Made by a program: the position numbers and the translations under genes | NCBI GenBank assembly: GCA_965243135.1 | Contig: OZ251539.1 | Coordinates: 2,432,001 to 2,496,000, forward strand | Source of the DNA: Alphaproteobacteria bacterium | Lineage (GTDB): Bacteria > Pseudomonadota > Alphaproteobacteria > MPNO01 > UBA830 | Length of the DNA: 64,000 bases | Direction of reading: 5' to 3' | The notes under the pieces: generated by a model | The model's database searches: none | What the model was told of the DNA's origin: nothing | The model's input: only the letters and a program-made list of their open reading frames with translations | Shown here: positions 42,472 to 51,958 of the stretch, piece by piece | Numbering within the stretch: the stretch's first letter is position 1 | Layout: the number at the start of each line of letters is the position of its first letter

Positions 42472-42521
42472 TGGGACGAATCCCATCGTTTTCGTTTCAA
42501 GAAAAAATGGGATAGGTTTCC
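42472..42521. promoter_or_regulatory. Palindromic operator TGGGA-N4-TCCCA plus a degenerate second site
   Basis: TGGGACGAATCCCA at 42472-42485; TGGGATAGGTTTCC at 42508-42521; AT-rich spacer. Confidence 0.5.
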
Positions 42522-42543
42522 GGTTTCGAAGACGGAATGACGA

Positions 42544-43920
42544 ATGACATCGCACGCGGAGATGATCCGGAAGATCGAAGCCTTCTGCCGCGACAGGGGC
42601 ATGGCCGAGTCGACGTTCGGCCGTCTGGCCGTCAACGACGGCAAGTTCGTGCGGCGGTTGCGCGAAGACAGGCGCGTAACGACCGCGACCGTCGCCCAAA
42701 TCGAGGAGTTCCTGCAAAACGGCCCTGCGGTCGAACACCAGACCTACGATCCCCGGCTCCGCGCCGCCCCGGCGTCCCGACCCGTCGGCGACGACGAGGC
42801 TCCGTCCCATTTTCGGTTTTACGACAACCGCCAGAAGTACCTTCTGTTCGTGAACACCTGTTCCGAGAAATGGGCGGTGGCGGACCGGGTCGGGCAGGAA
42901 CTGAGGCGCCTCCAGCTGCGTCCTCCGGCGCTTCGGGTCTTCGACGCCGGGATGGGAGACGGCACCGTGCTCACCCGCGTCCTGCGCCAGATGCATCACC
43001 TTTTTCCGACGATTCCGTTCTACGTCGTCGGCAAGGAGATCAGCCTCGAAGACGTGCGGCTGACCCTCGAGAAACTGCCGGACAGGCTCAACGAGCATCC
43101 GGCGATGGTCTTCGTGATCACCAATATGTTTTACAGCGAAGCGCCCTCCCTGACCCCGCATACGCCGGAAAGCGCCGCCCGGCTGAGTTGGCAGGAGATC
43201 GCGCTGGAAGGCGATTCCGCGCACGATTTCGCGACCCAGATCGCGGCCCTGGAACCCGCGATCGCCGAAGGCTGGCAGGTGCGGACCAGCGGCAGGACAG
43301 GCAATCCTCTCTATGTCCGCCCGTCGGCGCTCATCCTCTATCGCGACGACCACAAGCTTCTGCTCGACGGCATCATCCCGCGCCCCGGCCGGGCGATGAA
43401 CGACTACAACCTCATCATCGCTTCGCAGCCTTTCCGCGCGCGCGCTTCTCTCGACCTCAAGGTCAAGCGGGTTCTGGCGCCGCTCGCCCGCGCGCTCGCT
43501 CCCGGCGGCCGCATGCTGACCATCCACTCGCACGGCGACGATCCCGGCCTCGACATCATCAGGAGGATCTGGAAGGACGAGAATCCCTTCCTCCACAACC
43601 GCCAGATTCTGCTTCCCGCGCTGAAAAAGGCCCTCGGACGCGACGGGCGCGACCTGAGCTTCGCCGCGGCCTCCGACAAGCGCGCGCTGTTCCGCTACGT
43701 GATGCACACGCTGCCGACCGAGATCGGCTCCTCCATCGGCACCTCGACGCTGATGGCCGCCTGGAACGCCGCGGTCTACGTCGCCCAGATCGAGGACGGG
43801 CGCCTCGAGCAGGCGATGGTCGACGGAAGCTACCTGGACGCGACCCGCGAGGTGCTGCACGAGAACAACGGCCTGTGGTTTCTCGACGAATCCTTCGTCG
43901 TCTCGAGGCGGCGCGACTGA
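42544..43920 (+). CDS. Cro-like HTH fused to a class I SAM-methyltransferase-fold domain; function unknown
   Basis: N-term IEAFCRDRGMAESTFGRLAVNDGKFVRRLR; motif I RVFDAGMGDG; acidic VGKEIS. Confidence 0.6.
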   Translation: MTSHAEMIRKIEAFCRDRGMAESTFGRLAVNDGKFVRRLREDRRVTTATVAQIEEFLQNGPAVEHQTYDPRLRAAPASRPVGDDEAPSHFRFYDNRQKYLLFVNTCSEKWAVADRVGQELRRLQLRPPALRVFDAGMGDGTVLTRVLRQMHHLFPTIPFYVVGKEISLEDVRLTLEKLPDRLNEHPAMVFVITNMFYSEAPSLTPHTPESAARLSWQEIALEGDSAHDFATQIAALEPAIAEGWQVRTSGRTGNPLYVRPSALILYRDDHKLLLDGIIPRPGRAMNDYNLIIASQPFRARASLDLKVKRVLAPLARALAPGGRMLTIHSHGDDPGLDIIRRIWKDENPFLHNRQILLPALKKALGRDGRDLSFAAASDKRALFRYVMHTLPTEIGSSIGTSTLMAAWNAAVYVAQIEDGRLEQAMVDGSYLDATREVLHENNGLWFLDESFVVSRRRD

Positions 43921-44837
43921 TGAGCCGGCTGTCCGCATCGCTCGCCGAACGGCGTTTCGCCATAACCGCCGAAGTGTCGCCCCCGCTCTCGGCCGATCCC
44001 GAAGATCTGCTTTCGCGGGCGTCGATTCTCGAGGGCTGGGTGGACGCCGTCAACGTCACCGACGGGGCCAGCGCGCGGGCGCACATGTCGAGCGTGGCGG
44101 CGGCGTCGATCCTGCTGCGCGCGGGAATCGAGCCCGTGCTGCAGATGACCTGCCGCGACCGCAACCGGATCGCGTTGCAGAGCGACCTGCTCGGAGCGGC
44201 GGCTCTCGGCGTGGAGAACGTCCTGATCCTGCGCGGCGACGATCCGTCGGCCGGCGACCAGCCCGACGCCAAGCCGGTGTTCGATCTGGAAAGCCACGAA
44301 CTGATGGAAACGGCGCGGCGGATGCGGGACGAAGGCGTCCTGCCGTCCGAACGCCGGCTCTCCGGGCCGCCCCGACTCTTCGTCGGAGCCGCCGACGTGC
44401 CCATGGATCCCGACGACGGCAAGTGGAATCCCGGCTCTCTCGACGCGAAACTGGACGCCGGCGCGGAATTCGTGCAGACGCAGTTCTGCTTCGACGCGGC
44501 GCTCGTCCGCAAATACGCGGCCGCCCTGGTCGACCGCGGCGTCGCCGCCAGATGCGGCATTCTGATCGGAATCGGCCCCATCGCCTCGGCTCGCTCCGCG
44601 CGATGGATGCGCGAGCATCTTTGGGGCACCACCATTCCGGACGCCCTGATCGATCGCCTGGAAGGCGCGGAAGACCAGAAGGCGGAGGGAACCGCGATCT
44701 GCGCCGAGCTGATCGCGGAATACGCGGACGTCGAGGGCGTCGCGGGCATTCATCTCATGGCGCCGCTCGGCATCGACCAGGTACCGGCGGCCGTGGAACG
44801 ATCCGGCGTCAGGGCCGGACGCAGCCGGGAGCCGTAA
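43920..44837 (+). CDS. metF: Methylenetetrahydrofolate reductase family
   Basis: TAEVSPP, AVNVTD, QMTCRDRNRIALQ, LRGD, KLDAGAEFVQTQ, GIHLM. Confidence 0.85.
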   Translation: MSRLSASLAERRFAITAEVSPPLSADPEDLLSRASILEGWVDAVNVTDGASARAHMSSVAAASILLRAGIEPVLQMTCRDRNRIALQSDLLGAAALGVENVLILRGDDPSAGDQPDAKPVFDLESHELMETARRMRDEGVLPSERRLSGPPRLFVGAADVPMDPDDGKWNPGSLDAKLDAGAEFVQTQFCFDAALVRKYAAALVDRGVAARCGILIGIGPIASARSARWMREHLWGTTIPDALIDRLEGAEDQKAEGTAICAELIAEYADVEGVAGIHLMAPLGIDQVPAAVERSGVRAGRSREP

Positions 44838-44838
44838 C

Positions 44839-45948
44839 ATGCCGAAACCTTTCTTCCACGCCGACCAGGTCGGCAGCCTTCTCAGACCGGACCACCTCCT
44901 CGAGGCGCGCGGGCGCTGGAGGGCCGGAGAGATCGACCGGAGAGAGCTGCGCGCCATGGAAGACGCCGCCATCGCCGAATGCGCGGGCATGCAGGAGGAG
45001 ATCGGGCTGGAAGCGATCACCGACGGCGAATTCAGGCGCGAGAACTGGTGGATCGACTTCATCTCCGCGATCGACGGCATCGAAGTCAGCGATCCCGACA
45101 CGGACTCCCCCTTTCGCGGCGGCCAGGAGCAGGGCGGCTCCTATCTGCCCAAGAAGGTGACGACGACGGGGCGGCTTGGCGGCGGCGGCTCGATTTCGGT
45201 CGCCGATTTCGAGTATCTGAAGGGATGCACGGAGAAAACTCCCAAGGTCATGATTCCCTCGCCCAGCCGCATTCACTTCCACGGCGGACGGGATTCCGTG
45301 AGCCGCGACGCCTATCCGTCGATGGACGCGTTCTGGGCGGACGTCGCCGCCGTCTACCAGGACGAAATCACCGCGCTCGAAGCCCATGGCTGCGCCTACG
45401 TCCAGATCGACGATCCGGTGCTGACCTATTTCCTCGACGACCGGCTGCGGCGGAACGTGGCGGACATCGGCGAGGATCCCGACCGGCTGCTGGGACTGTA
45501 CGGCGACGTGATCAACGCCTGCGTTTCGAAACGGTCTTCCGACACCTGCCTCGCCATTCACCTGTGCCGCGGCAACGCCCGGAGCCAGTGGATCGCGGCG
45601 GGCAGTTACGACCGGATGGCGAAGGAACTGTTTCCCCGCCTGGCCGTCGATTCATGGTTCCTGGAATACGACGACGAGCGTTCGGGCGGTTTCGATCCCT
45701 TGCGCTTCATGCCGGACGGCGTCCGGGTCGTGCTCGGGCTCGTGACCACCAAGACCGGAAGGATGGAGGATCCCGACGAGATCCGGGCGCGCGTCGCCGA
45801 AGCCTCGAAGATCGTGCCTCTGGAAAATCTGGCGGTCAGTCCGCAATGCGGATTCGCCTCGATCGAGACCGGCAACCGGATCGCCTTCGACGAACAAAGG
45901 GCGAAGCTCGGGATGGTGGTCGACCTCGCAGGGAAAATATGGCGCTGA
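44839..45948 (+). CDS. Cobalamin-independent methionine synthase II family (single-barrel MetE-like Zn enzyme)
   Basis: ADQVGSLLRP, TDGEFRR, HLCRGN, FLEYD, SPQCGFAS. Confidence 0.85.
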   Translation: MPKPFFHADQVGSLLRPDHLLEARGRWRAGEIDRRELRAMEDAAIAECAGMQEEIGLEAITDGEFRRENWWIDFISAIDGIEVSDPDTDSPFRGGQEQGGSYLPKKVTTTGRLGGGGSISVADFEYLKGCTEKTPKVMIPSPSRIHFHGGRDSVSRDAYPSMDAFWADVAAVYQDEITALEAHGCAYVQIDDPVLTYFLDDRLRRNVADIGEDPDRLLGLYGDVINACVSKRSSDTCLAIHLCRGNARSQWIAAGSYDRMAKELFPRLAVDSWFLEYDDERSGGFDPLRFMPDGVRVVLGLVTTKTGRMEDPDEIRARVAEASKIVPLENLAVSPQCGFASIETGNRIAFDEQRAKLGMVVDLAGKIWR

Positions 45949-45973
45949 CCGCGGCCCTCTTCGGAGACTGATC

Positions 45974-47515
45974 GTGAATCCGCGGACGCTCAAGGAAACG
46001 CTCCAGGACGGCGAAGAACTCGCCCTGTTGGACGTGCGCGAAGCCGGCCAGTTCGGGCTTGACCACATGCTGCATGCGGTTCCGTGCCCGTTCAGCGTCC
46101 TCGAAGCGCGAGCCCCCCTGCTGGCGCCGCGCAGAACCGTGCGCATGGCGCTCGTGGACGCAGGCGACGGCGTCGCGGAGAGAGCCGCGATCCGCCTTGC
46201 CGAACTGGGGTACGACAACGTCTCGGTTCTGGGGGGCGGCAACCCATCGTGGAGCGCCGCCGGCTACGAGACGTTCCAGGGCGTCAACGTTCCTTCGAAA
46301 GCGTTCGGCGAAATCGTTGAACGCGAGGCGGCAACGCCGCACGTCACGGCCGACGAACTGCACGCCATGAAGCGGCGGGGCGACGATCTCGTCGTTCTTG
46401 ACGGTCGAACGCCGGAGGAGCACGCGCGCATGTCGATTCCGGGCGGCGTGTCGGTGCCGAACGCGGAGTTGATGTACCGCGTCCACGATCTGGCCCCCGA
46501 CCCCGGCACGACGATCATCGTGAACTGCGCCGGGCGGACGCGTTCGATCATCGGCGCGCAGACCCTGATCGACGCGGGCGTTCCCAACCGCGTCGCCGCG
46601 CTCAAGGACGGAACGATGGGCTGGAAGCTGGCGGGCCGCGAACTCGAGCGCGGCAGCGCGCTGCGCCATCCGGAAGTTCCGTCGCGGAAGTGCGCGGAGA
46701 GCGCCGCGTCGTATGCCCGCAACATGATCCGCGAATTCGGAATCCCGGTAATCGACGCGGCGACGCTCGACGCCTGGAGAGCGGATTCCGGCCGCACGCT
46801 TTTCCTGTTCGACGTGCGGACGCGGGAAGAATTCGACGCGGGCCACGCCGCAGGCGCCGTTCATGCGCCGGGAGGACAGCTCGTGCAGGCGACCGACCAT
46901 TGGTGCGGCGTCTGGGGCGCCCGCGTCGTCCTGCTCGACGAGGCTCCCTGCGCCCGCGCCGTCGCCACCGCGCACTGGCTCCGGCGAATGGGCTGGGACG
47001 CCAGCGCGCTCGATATCCAGGGGATCGAAACGGGCGACGCGGCCGGCGTCGACCTTCCCGCCGCGGAAGAAATTTCCTGCGCTCAGTTGGCGGACGAAAT
47101 GCGCGGCGGCGGCATTTTCCTTATCGACGCCGGACAGTCGGCGGATTACCGGGCTGCTCACCTGCCGGAGGCCGTCTGGAGCGTCCGTCCGCGCCTCGAC
47201 CGCCTCGACATCCCTGACGGAAAGACGGTCGTCGTTTATTCCGGGCGGCGGACCCGCGCCTCGCTGGCGGCGCGGGATCTGTCGGAAACGCGACCCGTCC
47301 GCATTCTGGCGGGAGGCCGCGAGGCGTGGGTCGCCGAGGGGCGGCCCACAGCGGCCTCGCCCGGAGCGCCGCCGGACAGCGAGGCGATCGATCACCTATT
47401 CCTGATGTCGGCGCGCCACCAGGGCGACGACGCGGCGGCGCGCGCCTACCTCGAATGGGAAGAAAACCTCCCGACGCAAATCGCGGCCGACGGCGACGCG
47501 CGCTTTCGGCTTTGA
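45974..47515 (+). CDS. Four-domain rhodanese-related sulfurtransferase
   Basis: LLDVRE, LDGRTPEE..NCAGRTRS, FDVRTREEF, GGREAW. Confidence 0.85.
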   Translation: MNPRTLKETLQDGEELALLDVREAGQFGLDHMLHAVPCPFSVLEARAPLLAPRRTVRMALVDAGDGVAERAAIRLAELGYDNVSVLGGGNPSWSAAGYETFQGVNVPSKAFGEIVEREAATPHVTADELHAMKRRGDDLVVLDGRTPEEHARMSIPGGVSVPNAELMYRVHDLAPDPGTTIIVNCAGRTRSIIGAQTLIDAGVPNRVAALKDGTMGWKLAGRELERGSALRHPEVPSRKCAESAASYARNMIREFGIPVIDAATLDAWRADSGRTLFLFDVRTREEFDAGHAAGAVHAPGGQLVQATDHWCGVWGARVVLLDEAPCARAVATAHWLRRMGWDASALDIQGIETGDAAGVDLPAAEEISCAQLADEMRGGGIFLIDAGQSADYRAAHLPEAVWSVRPRLDRLDIPDGKTVVVYSGRRTRASLAARDLSETRPVRILAGGREAWVAEGRPTAASPGAPPDSEAIDHLFLMSARHQGDDAAARAYLEWEENLPTQIAADGDARFRL

Positions 47516-47654
47516 ATTCGCGAAGCGACCGCCATCGTTGCGCCGCCCGCCTTCGCCGGGACGCTTCGCTTTCCGGCGCGAGGCCCTGATCGGGCCGCAA
47601 ACTCATGCCGCGCAACGGCGGGCGGCGACGAGAGCGTCGTGCTATCGTGCAGCC

Positions 47655-48209
47655 ATGAGCGCCAGCTTCGTATTCCATCCTCACGTGCGCAGATCGGACG
47701 GCGCGACCGTAACGCCGGATATCCTCATCGACCGCGTCCGCGTCATCGGTCCCGATAGCGTCGAGGCCCGGCCCGTGACGCAGTTGACGACGGAGACAGC
47801 TTTGCAACGGCCGGCGGACGGCGCCGCGGGCAAGCCCGCCTACGCGCTTGTCGCTGCAAGTTTCGGCACGCTCCTCGCGGCCGGCGCGGTTTTCGACGAC
47901 GCATTGCCTTTGGGCCGCGTTGCGTGGCGTTACGCCGACGCGCGCTCCGGGTTCCGCGGACCGCTCGCGCGCTTCATCGACGGCGGCGGGCGGGTCGCGG
48001 TCGACCGGCCTGCCCGCGTACCGTCGCCTTCGGAGATTATGGAAAGGCTTGGAGACGGGTCGGCGCTCGCGCCGGGAACGGCGGCATTCGTTCACGGCGA
48101 CGCGCCCGCCGCCGTCGCAGCGCGCCGGATGGAGATCTCGGTCGAACGGACATCGGGCGAACTCCTGTCCCACGGCTTCGACATGGCGAATGCGGATCCG
48201 TCCGCCTGA
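47655..48209 (+). CDS. Hypothetical protein, possibly a divergent, shortened DUF2848 relative
   Basis: LTT..LQ, WRYADA, LAPGT, LSHGF; weak resemblance only. Confidence 0.4.
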   Translation: MSASFVFHPHVRRSDGATVTPDILIDRVRVIGPDSVEARPVTQLTTETALQRPADGAAGKPAYALVAASFGTLLAAGAVFDDALPLGRVAWRYADARSGFRGPLARFIDGGGRVAVDRPARVPSPSEIMERLGDGSALAPGTAAFVHGDAPAAVAARRMEISVERTSGELLSHGFDMANADPSA

Positions 48210-48509
48210 CCGACCGGGACGGCAGCGCATCCGTGACGGGATTTTCGCATCGCGCCGTTCTCCGCGCAGCGTGAACGCGCCGTGCGTAACGGCGGCGTTC
48301 CCGAACGCGAACGGCGGATTCCCGAGATCGATCCCGGACTATGATTGCGCCGTCAGCGGATTACAATGAACGCTGGAAGCGAGAGTGGAACCTCCATGAA
48401 ATCCGCGATTTTCGGCACCGCGCTTGCGGCGGCTTTCGCCTTCGGCGGCGCCGCGGGACGCGCGGCGTAATCGCCCGGTCCCGCCGAGGCGAATTTTTGC
48501 GAGGAACCC

Positions 48510-49691
48510 GTGTTCGCGCGCGATCACAAAAACGTCCTGATCCTCTCCACCTGCCAGATGATGTTCGGCACCGGGCGTTCGCTGTTCATGGTGACCGCCC
48601 CGATCGCCGCGTTGGGGATCGCGCCGCACCTTGCTCTCGCCACCTTGCCGACCGCCCTGATCGTCGTCGGCACCGCGATCGCCGCCATGCCCGCTTCTCT
48701 CTTCAGCCAACGCACGGGACGAAAGCGGGGGTTCCTCGTCGGCACGCTGATTGCCGCCGCAAGCGGCGCGTCATGCACTGGCGCAATGGTGTTCGAGAAT
48801 TTCTGGCTGCTGGCGCTGGGAGGCCTGCTTTACGGCATATTTTCCGGCTTTGCTCAGCTCTATCGCTTCGCCGTCGCCGACGTGGCGTCGGAATCGTTCA
48901 AGCGAACGGCGATCTCGCTGGTTCTCGCCGGCGGGGTTTTCGCCGGACTAGCCGGTCCCAACCTCGCGAAGTGGGGCAAGGACATGGTCGCCGATCCGAT
49001 CTACGCCGGCGCTTTCCTTTTCATGATCGCGACGGGGCTCGCCGCGGCGCTCGCATTGCTCTTCCTCGACATCCCGGGGCTCACCAAGGCGGAACGCGAG
49101 GGACCGCAACGGCCGCTTTCGGAAATCATGAGGCAGCCGGTCTTCGTCGCGGCCGCGCTGTCCGCCACCGTCGCGCAATGCGTCATGAATTTCCTGATGA
49201 CGGCGACGCCGATCGCCATGGTGGCCCAGTGCAACCACGGCTTCGACGATGCCGCCGACGTCATCGCCTGGCATATCGTCGGAATGTTCGGGCCCGGCTT
49301 CTTCACCGGGGCGCTGATCAAGCGGTTCGGCGAGATAGCGATGATCCTCGCCGGATTCGCCTTGCAGGCCGCCTGCATCGGGGTCGCGCTTTCGGGCGTC
49401 GAGGTGTTCGATTTCTGGCTCGCGATGTTTCTGCTCGGCGTCGGCTGGAATTTCTCGTTCACTGCCGCCACCAGCCTCCTGACGACCGCCTACACGCCCG
49501 TCGAGCGCGCCAAGACCCAGGGCATGATGAATCAGATCATCTATACGTTCGTGGCTATCGGTTCGCTGTCTTCGGGTGCGTTCATCCATTATTTCGACTG
49601 GAACTGGGTCAACCTCGGCGTCGCGCCGCTGCTCGCCGTCGCCGCCACGGCGACCCTGTGGTACGCGGCCGACCGTCGCCGGACGGCATAG
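48510..49691 (+). CDS. MFS transporter
   Basis: ~12 TM, GRKRGF, YRFAVAD, HIVGMFGPGFFTG, GVGWNF; GAGG RBS. Confidence 0.9.
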   Translation: MFARDHKNVLILSTCQMMFGTGRSLFMVTAPIAALGIAPHLALATLPTALIVVGTAIAAMPASLFSQRTGRKRGFLVGTLIAAASGASCTGAMVFENFWLLALGGLLYGIFSGFAQLYRFAVADVASESFKRTAISLVLAGGVFAGLAGPNLAKWGKDMVADPIYAGAFLFMIATGLAAALALLFLDIPGLTKAEREGPQRPLSEIMRQPVFVAAALSATVAQCVMNFLMTATPIAMVAQCNHGFDDAADVIAWHIVGMFGPGFFTGALIKRFGEIAMILAGFALQAACIGVALSGVEVFDFWLAMFLLGVGWNFSFTAATSLLTTAYTPVERAKTQGMMNQIIYTFVAIGSLSSGAFIHYFDWNWVNLGVAPLLAVAATATLWYAADRRRTA

Positions 49692-49794
49692 CGGCCTGTC
49701 ACGGCGAATCCATGGCGACGGGCGGCCAGAGCGATCGGCGGGGCGCCGAGCGGACGGCAGCCGACAGAAAATCACAGCGCAAACGCTTCTCGTT

Positions 49795-49965
49795 CCGGCT
49801 GTTCGCCGAAGCATTCACGGGATAGACGATGATCGCCCGTATCCCGTTTCCAAACCCGCGCAGCAGCACATGGTCCACGATGGAAACGATACAGGCTCTT
49901 GCTGGAGCCGCTGGTCAGGACATACGTTTTCCCGTCTTGGCCTTGCGGCCTCCGCATAGTCCGCG
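49795..49965 (-). pseudogene. DEAD/DEAH-box helicase fragment (motifs I and Ia)
   Basis: GKTYVLTSGSSKSL, IVSIVDHVL, IRAIIVYPVNA. Confidence 0.6.
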
Positions 49966-49984
49966 TACAGCGGCGGCGTTTGTC

Positions 49985-50237
49985 TCGGGGCGAGGGCTCG
50001 GATGTCGTAGGTGATGTCCTCTGAAAACCGTCGGACGGCGCGCCACGCCTTCGCCAATGAGGTGCCTCCCTTGAAAGTGAGGCGGCGCCCGAACGGCGCC
50101 TCGACGAGAACCCGCAGAGTTCTCGACTACCCAGATGTCTTTCTCGATCAGGTAGGCCCGGCGGCCGCTTCGGTCCGCCGCGAAATTCAGCGCGTACCGT
50201 CTATCGTCAAGGGAAAGCGACCGGAACGGCGTTTCAG
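49985..50237 (-). pseudogene. AbiEii toxin 5' fragment
   Basis: SGRRAYLIEKDIWVV, APFGRRLTFKGGTSLAKAWRAVRRFSEDITYDIRALAP, then truncated. Confidence 0.75.
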
Positions 50238-50824
50238 CCCACCCGCGCGCCTACCGGTTCCGCCATCCAAGCCGGCATGATCGCGCGCGCCGCCGCCAGC
50301 TCGGCCATGTCGTCGTCGGAGAGCTTGTTGATAACCTTCGCAAGAGCGTCCTCGACTTCTCGCGGGCCGAACCAAGCCAGAGCGCGAACGGCGTCGCCAG
50401 CCCGTCGGTACGGCGCCACGAGTTGCCAGCGCGGCGCATGACGCAGGCGCACTTCTTGAGCACCGAAGCGCAATCGGCGGTTGGACCCCGATGTGAGATA
50501 GACGGACAACACCGGATTCTGAGTGGTGAGGCCGAGAACGTTGGCGGCCGAGGCGCCGCAAGGAACGATGGTCTCGCCCCACAACGCGGAGAGCCAAGCG
50601 ATCGCTTTTTCGATGCTCGGAGCGCAGGAGCCGAAGCGGGTCTCGACGGGCCGCATGTAAACGCCCCGACAGACGCGCAGGAGGCGACCGGCGCGGGCGA
50701 GCCGGGACAGCGCCTGATCGACGGCGGCGCGGTTCCCGAGGTGAAGCAGCGCGCCCGGGCACAACGGCCCTGCTTCGGGCAGAGCGGCAGCGTGCGCCAA
50801 GATGAGGTTCGGTAGGCTCGACAT
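50234..50824 (-). CDS. DUF6088-family AbiEi-like antitoxin (second copy)
   Basis: LLHLGNRAAVDQALSRL, RVCRGVY, AANVLGLTTQNP, YLTSG. Confidence 0.85.
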   Translation of the reverse strand: MSSLPNLILAHAAALPEAGPLCPGALLHLGNRAAVDQALSRLARAGRLLRVCRGVYMRPVETRFGSCAPSIEKAIAWLSALWGETIVPCGASAANVLGLTTQNPVLSVYLTSGSNRRLRFGAQEVRLRHAPRWQLVAPYRRAGDAVRALAWFGPREVEDALAKVINKLSDDDMAELAAARAIMPAWMAEPVGARVG

Positions 50825-50885
50825 AGCGGTGTCTCGTTGCAATTTGTCAGAAACTAAACACCAGTATCGACAGGATGCAACCGCT

Positions 50886-51443
50886 TCAGTCGGTCCAGCC
50901 CGTCCGGCAATCGCCGCCTCGGTTGCGTCCGAACTGGCGCCGACCGTTGTTAGGTGGCGTCCCGCCTCTGCGATTGAATGCCCGGTGAATCCAGCGTCTG
51001 ACGGACGTGGGGTCGGCAGTCCAGTCGTAGATGCATGCGAACGGGTCATCTCCGCCACAGTTGTCGGCGAGCCGCGGCGGTATCAGACCGGGCGTATATT
51101 GTTTTCTTCCGTAGTTCGTATGATCTGGGAGAAGCATTCCCAACAATCCGCAGCGAGGATTCAAACGCGTATCCCGAAGACTGGATCCGATTTCCCAATC
51201 GACATGCTTTCTCTGCCAAGTGCAAGGACCGATCAGTACGACTGTCACGGTGGCGTCACGGATGAACTCGTCGCGAATTTTCTGTCGTATCGTCTCCGTC
51301 GCAAGATAATCATCGTTTATGTCTCCGTCCTCGACGGATCTGTCTACACAATGGTGCTCCATCATGCGAACAAATTTATCCTTGTACCATTGGTCCTCGT
51401 GGTGGAAACTAACGAAAACCATGTGTCGGGGGACTTCGTTCAT
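50886..51443 (-). CDS. TIR-like domain protein (Thoeris ThsB/DUF1863 type)
   Basis: VFVSFHHED, IRQKIRD, TVTVVLIG, RKHVDWEI, GLLGMLLP; AGGAG RBS. Confidence 0.85.
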   Translation of the reverse strand: MNEVPRHMVFVSFHHEDQWYKDKFVRMMEHHCVDRSVEDGDINDDYLATETIRQKIRDEFIRDATVTVVLIGPCTWQRKHVDWEIGSSLRDTRLNPRCGLLGMLLPDHTNYGRKQYTPGLIPPRLADNCGGDDPFACIYDWTADPTSVRRWIHRAFNRRGGTPPNNGRRQFGRNRGGDCRTGWTD

Positions 51444-51958
51444 CGGATTTCTCCTTCGATATTTTCGAGATCGGTCATGTCCTCGACTCCCGCGATTTCG
51501 GCGAGCATTCGGTTGTAATCGCGCAACGTGGCCTGAAGCTCCTCCAGTTCCCCGCGAAATTCTGCCTGCTTGGCTTCATCGTCGAAAGCGCCCGCGAGGG
51601 ACAGGCGGTGCCATTTGGCGGTGAAGGGCCGCACCTTCTGGTTCAGGATTGGTATGGCGATCTTGGCGAACTGCACGGCTTTCGGCCCGTGGCGGCGCAA
51701 GATCTCCCGCGTCGTCGGGAACAAGGAGTATATGCTGTCCAGCGCGGTCCTGTCGTCCCCGTCCTCGGAAGGCAGGGGCTGGGTGACGACTCTGGTCAAC
51801 ATCTCTACATATAATTCCCAAGCGGCGTTGCGGCCCACATCGGTTATCCGCACCTCCCCTTTTAATACCATGGCATTCAGTTTTATATTTTCCAAATGGT
51901 ACTTTTCGAATAAGCTTTTCAAATTGAATGATGTTCCTCTCCTGAATGGGTTTCTCAT
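51440..51958 (-). CDS. Hypothetical alpha-helical protein, translationally coupled to the TIR gene
   Basis: 172-aa ORF, GGAGA RBS, ATGA overlap; AAWELYVEMLTR, ALDSIYSLF, LNQKVRPFTAKWH. Confidence 0.75.
   Translation of the reverse strand: MRNPFRRGTSFNLKSLFEKYHLENIKLNAMVLKGEVRITDVGRNAAWELYVEMLTRVVTQPLPSEDGDDRTALDSIYSLFPTTREILRRHGPKAVQFAKIAIPILNQKVRPFTAKWHRLSLAGAFDDEAKQAEFRGELEELQATLRDYNRMLAEIAGVEDMTDLENIEGEIR

Noticed and set aside
42172-42543. SAM or cobalamin riboswitch ahead of the met operon
   Set aside because: No recognisable consensus by eye; an Rfam/Infernal scan would be decisive.
50886-51958. Canonical Thoeris (thsA-thsB)
   Set aside because: Partner lacks SIR2/SLOG or TM-macro features; reported as a candidate variant instead.
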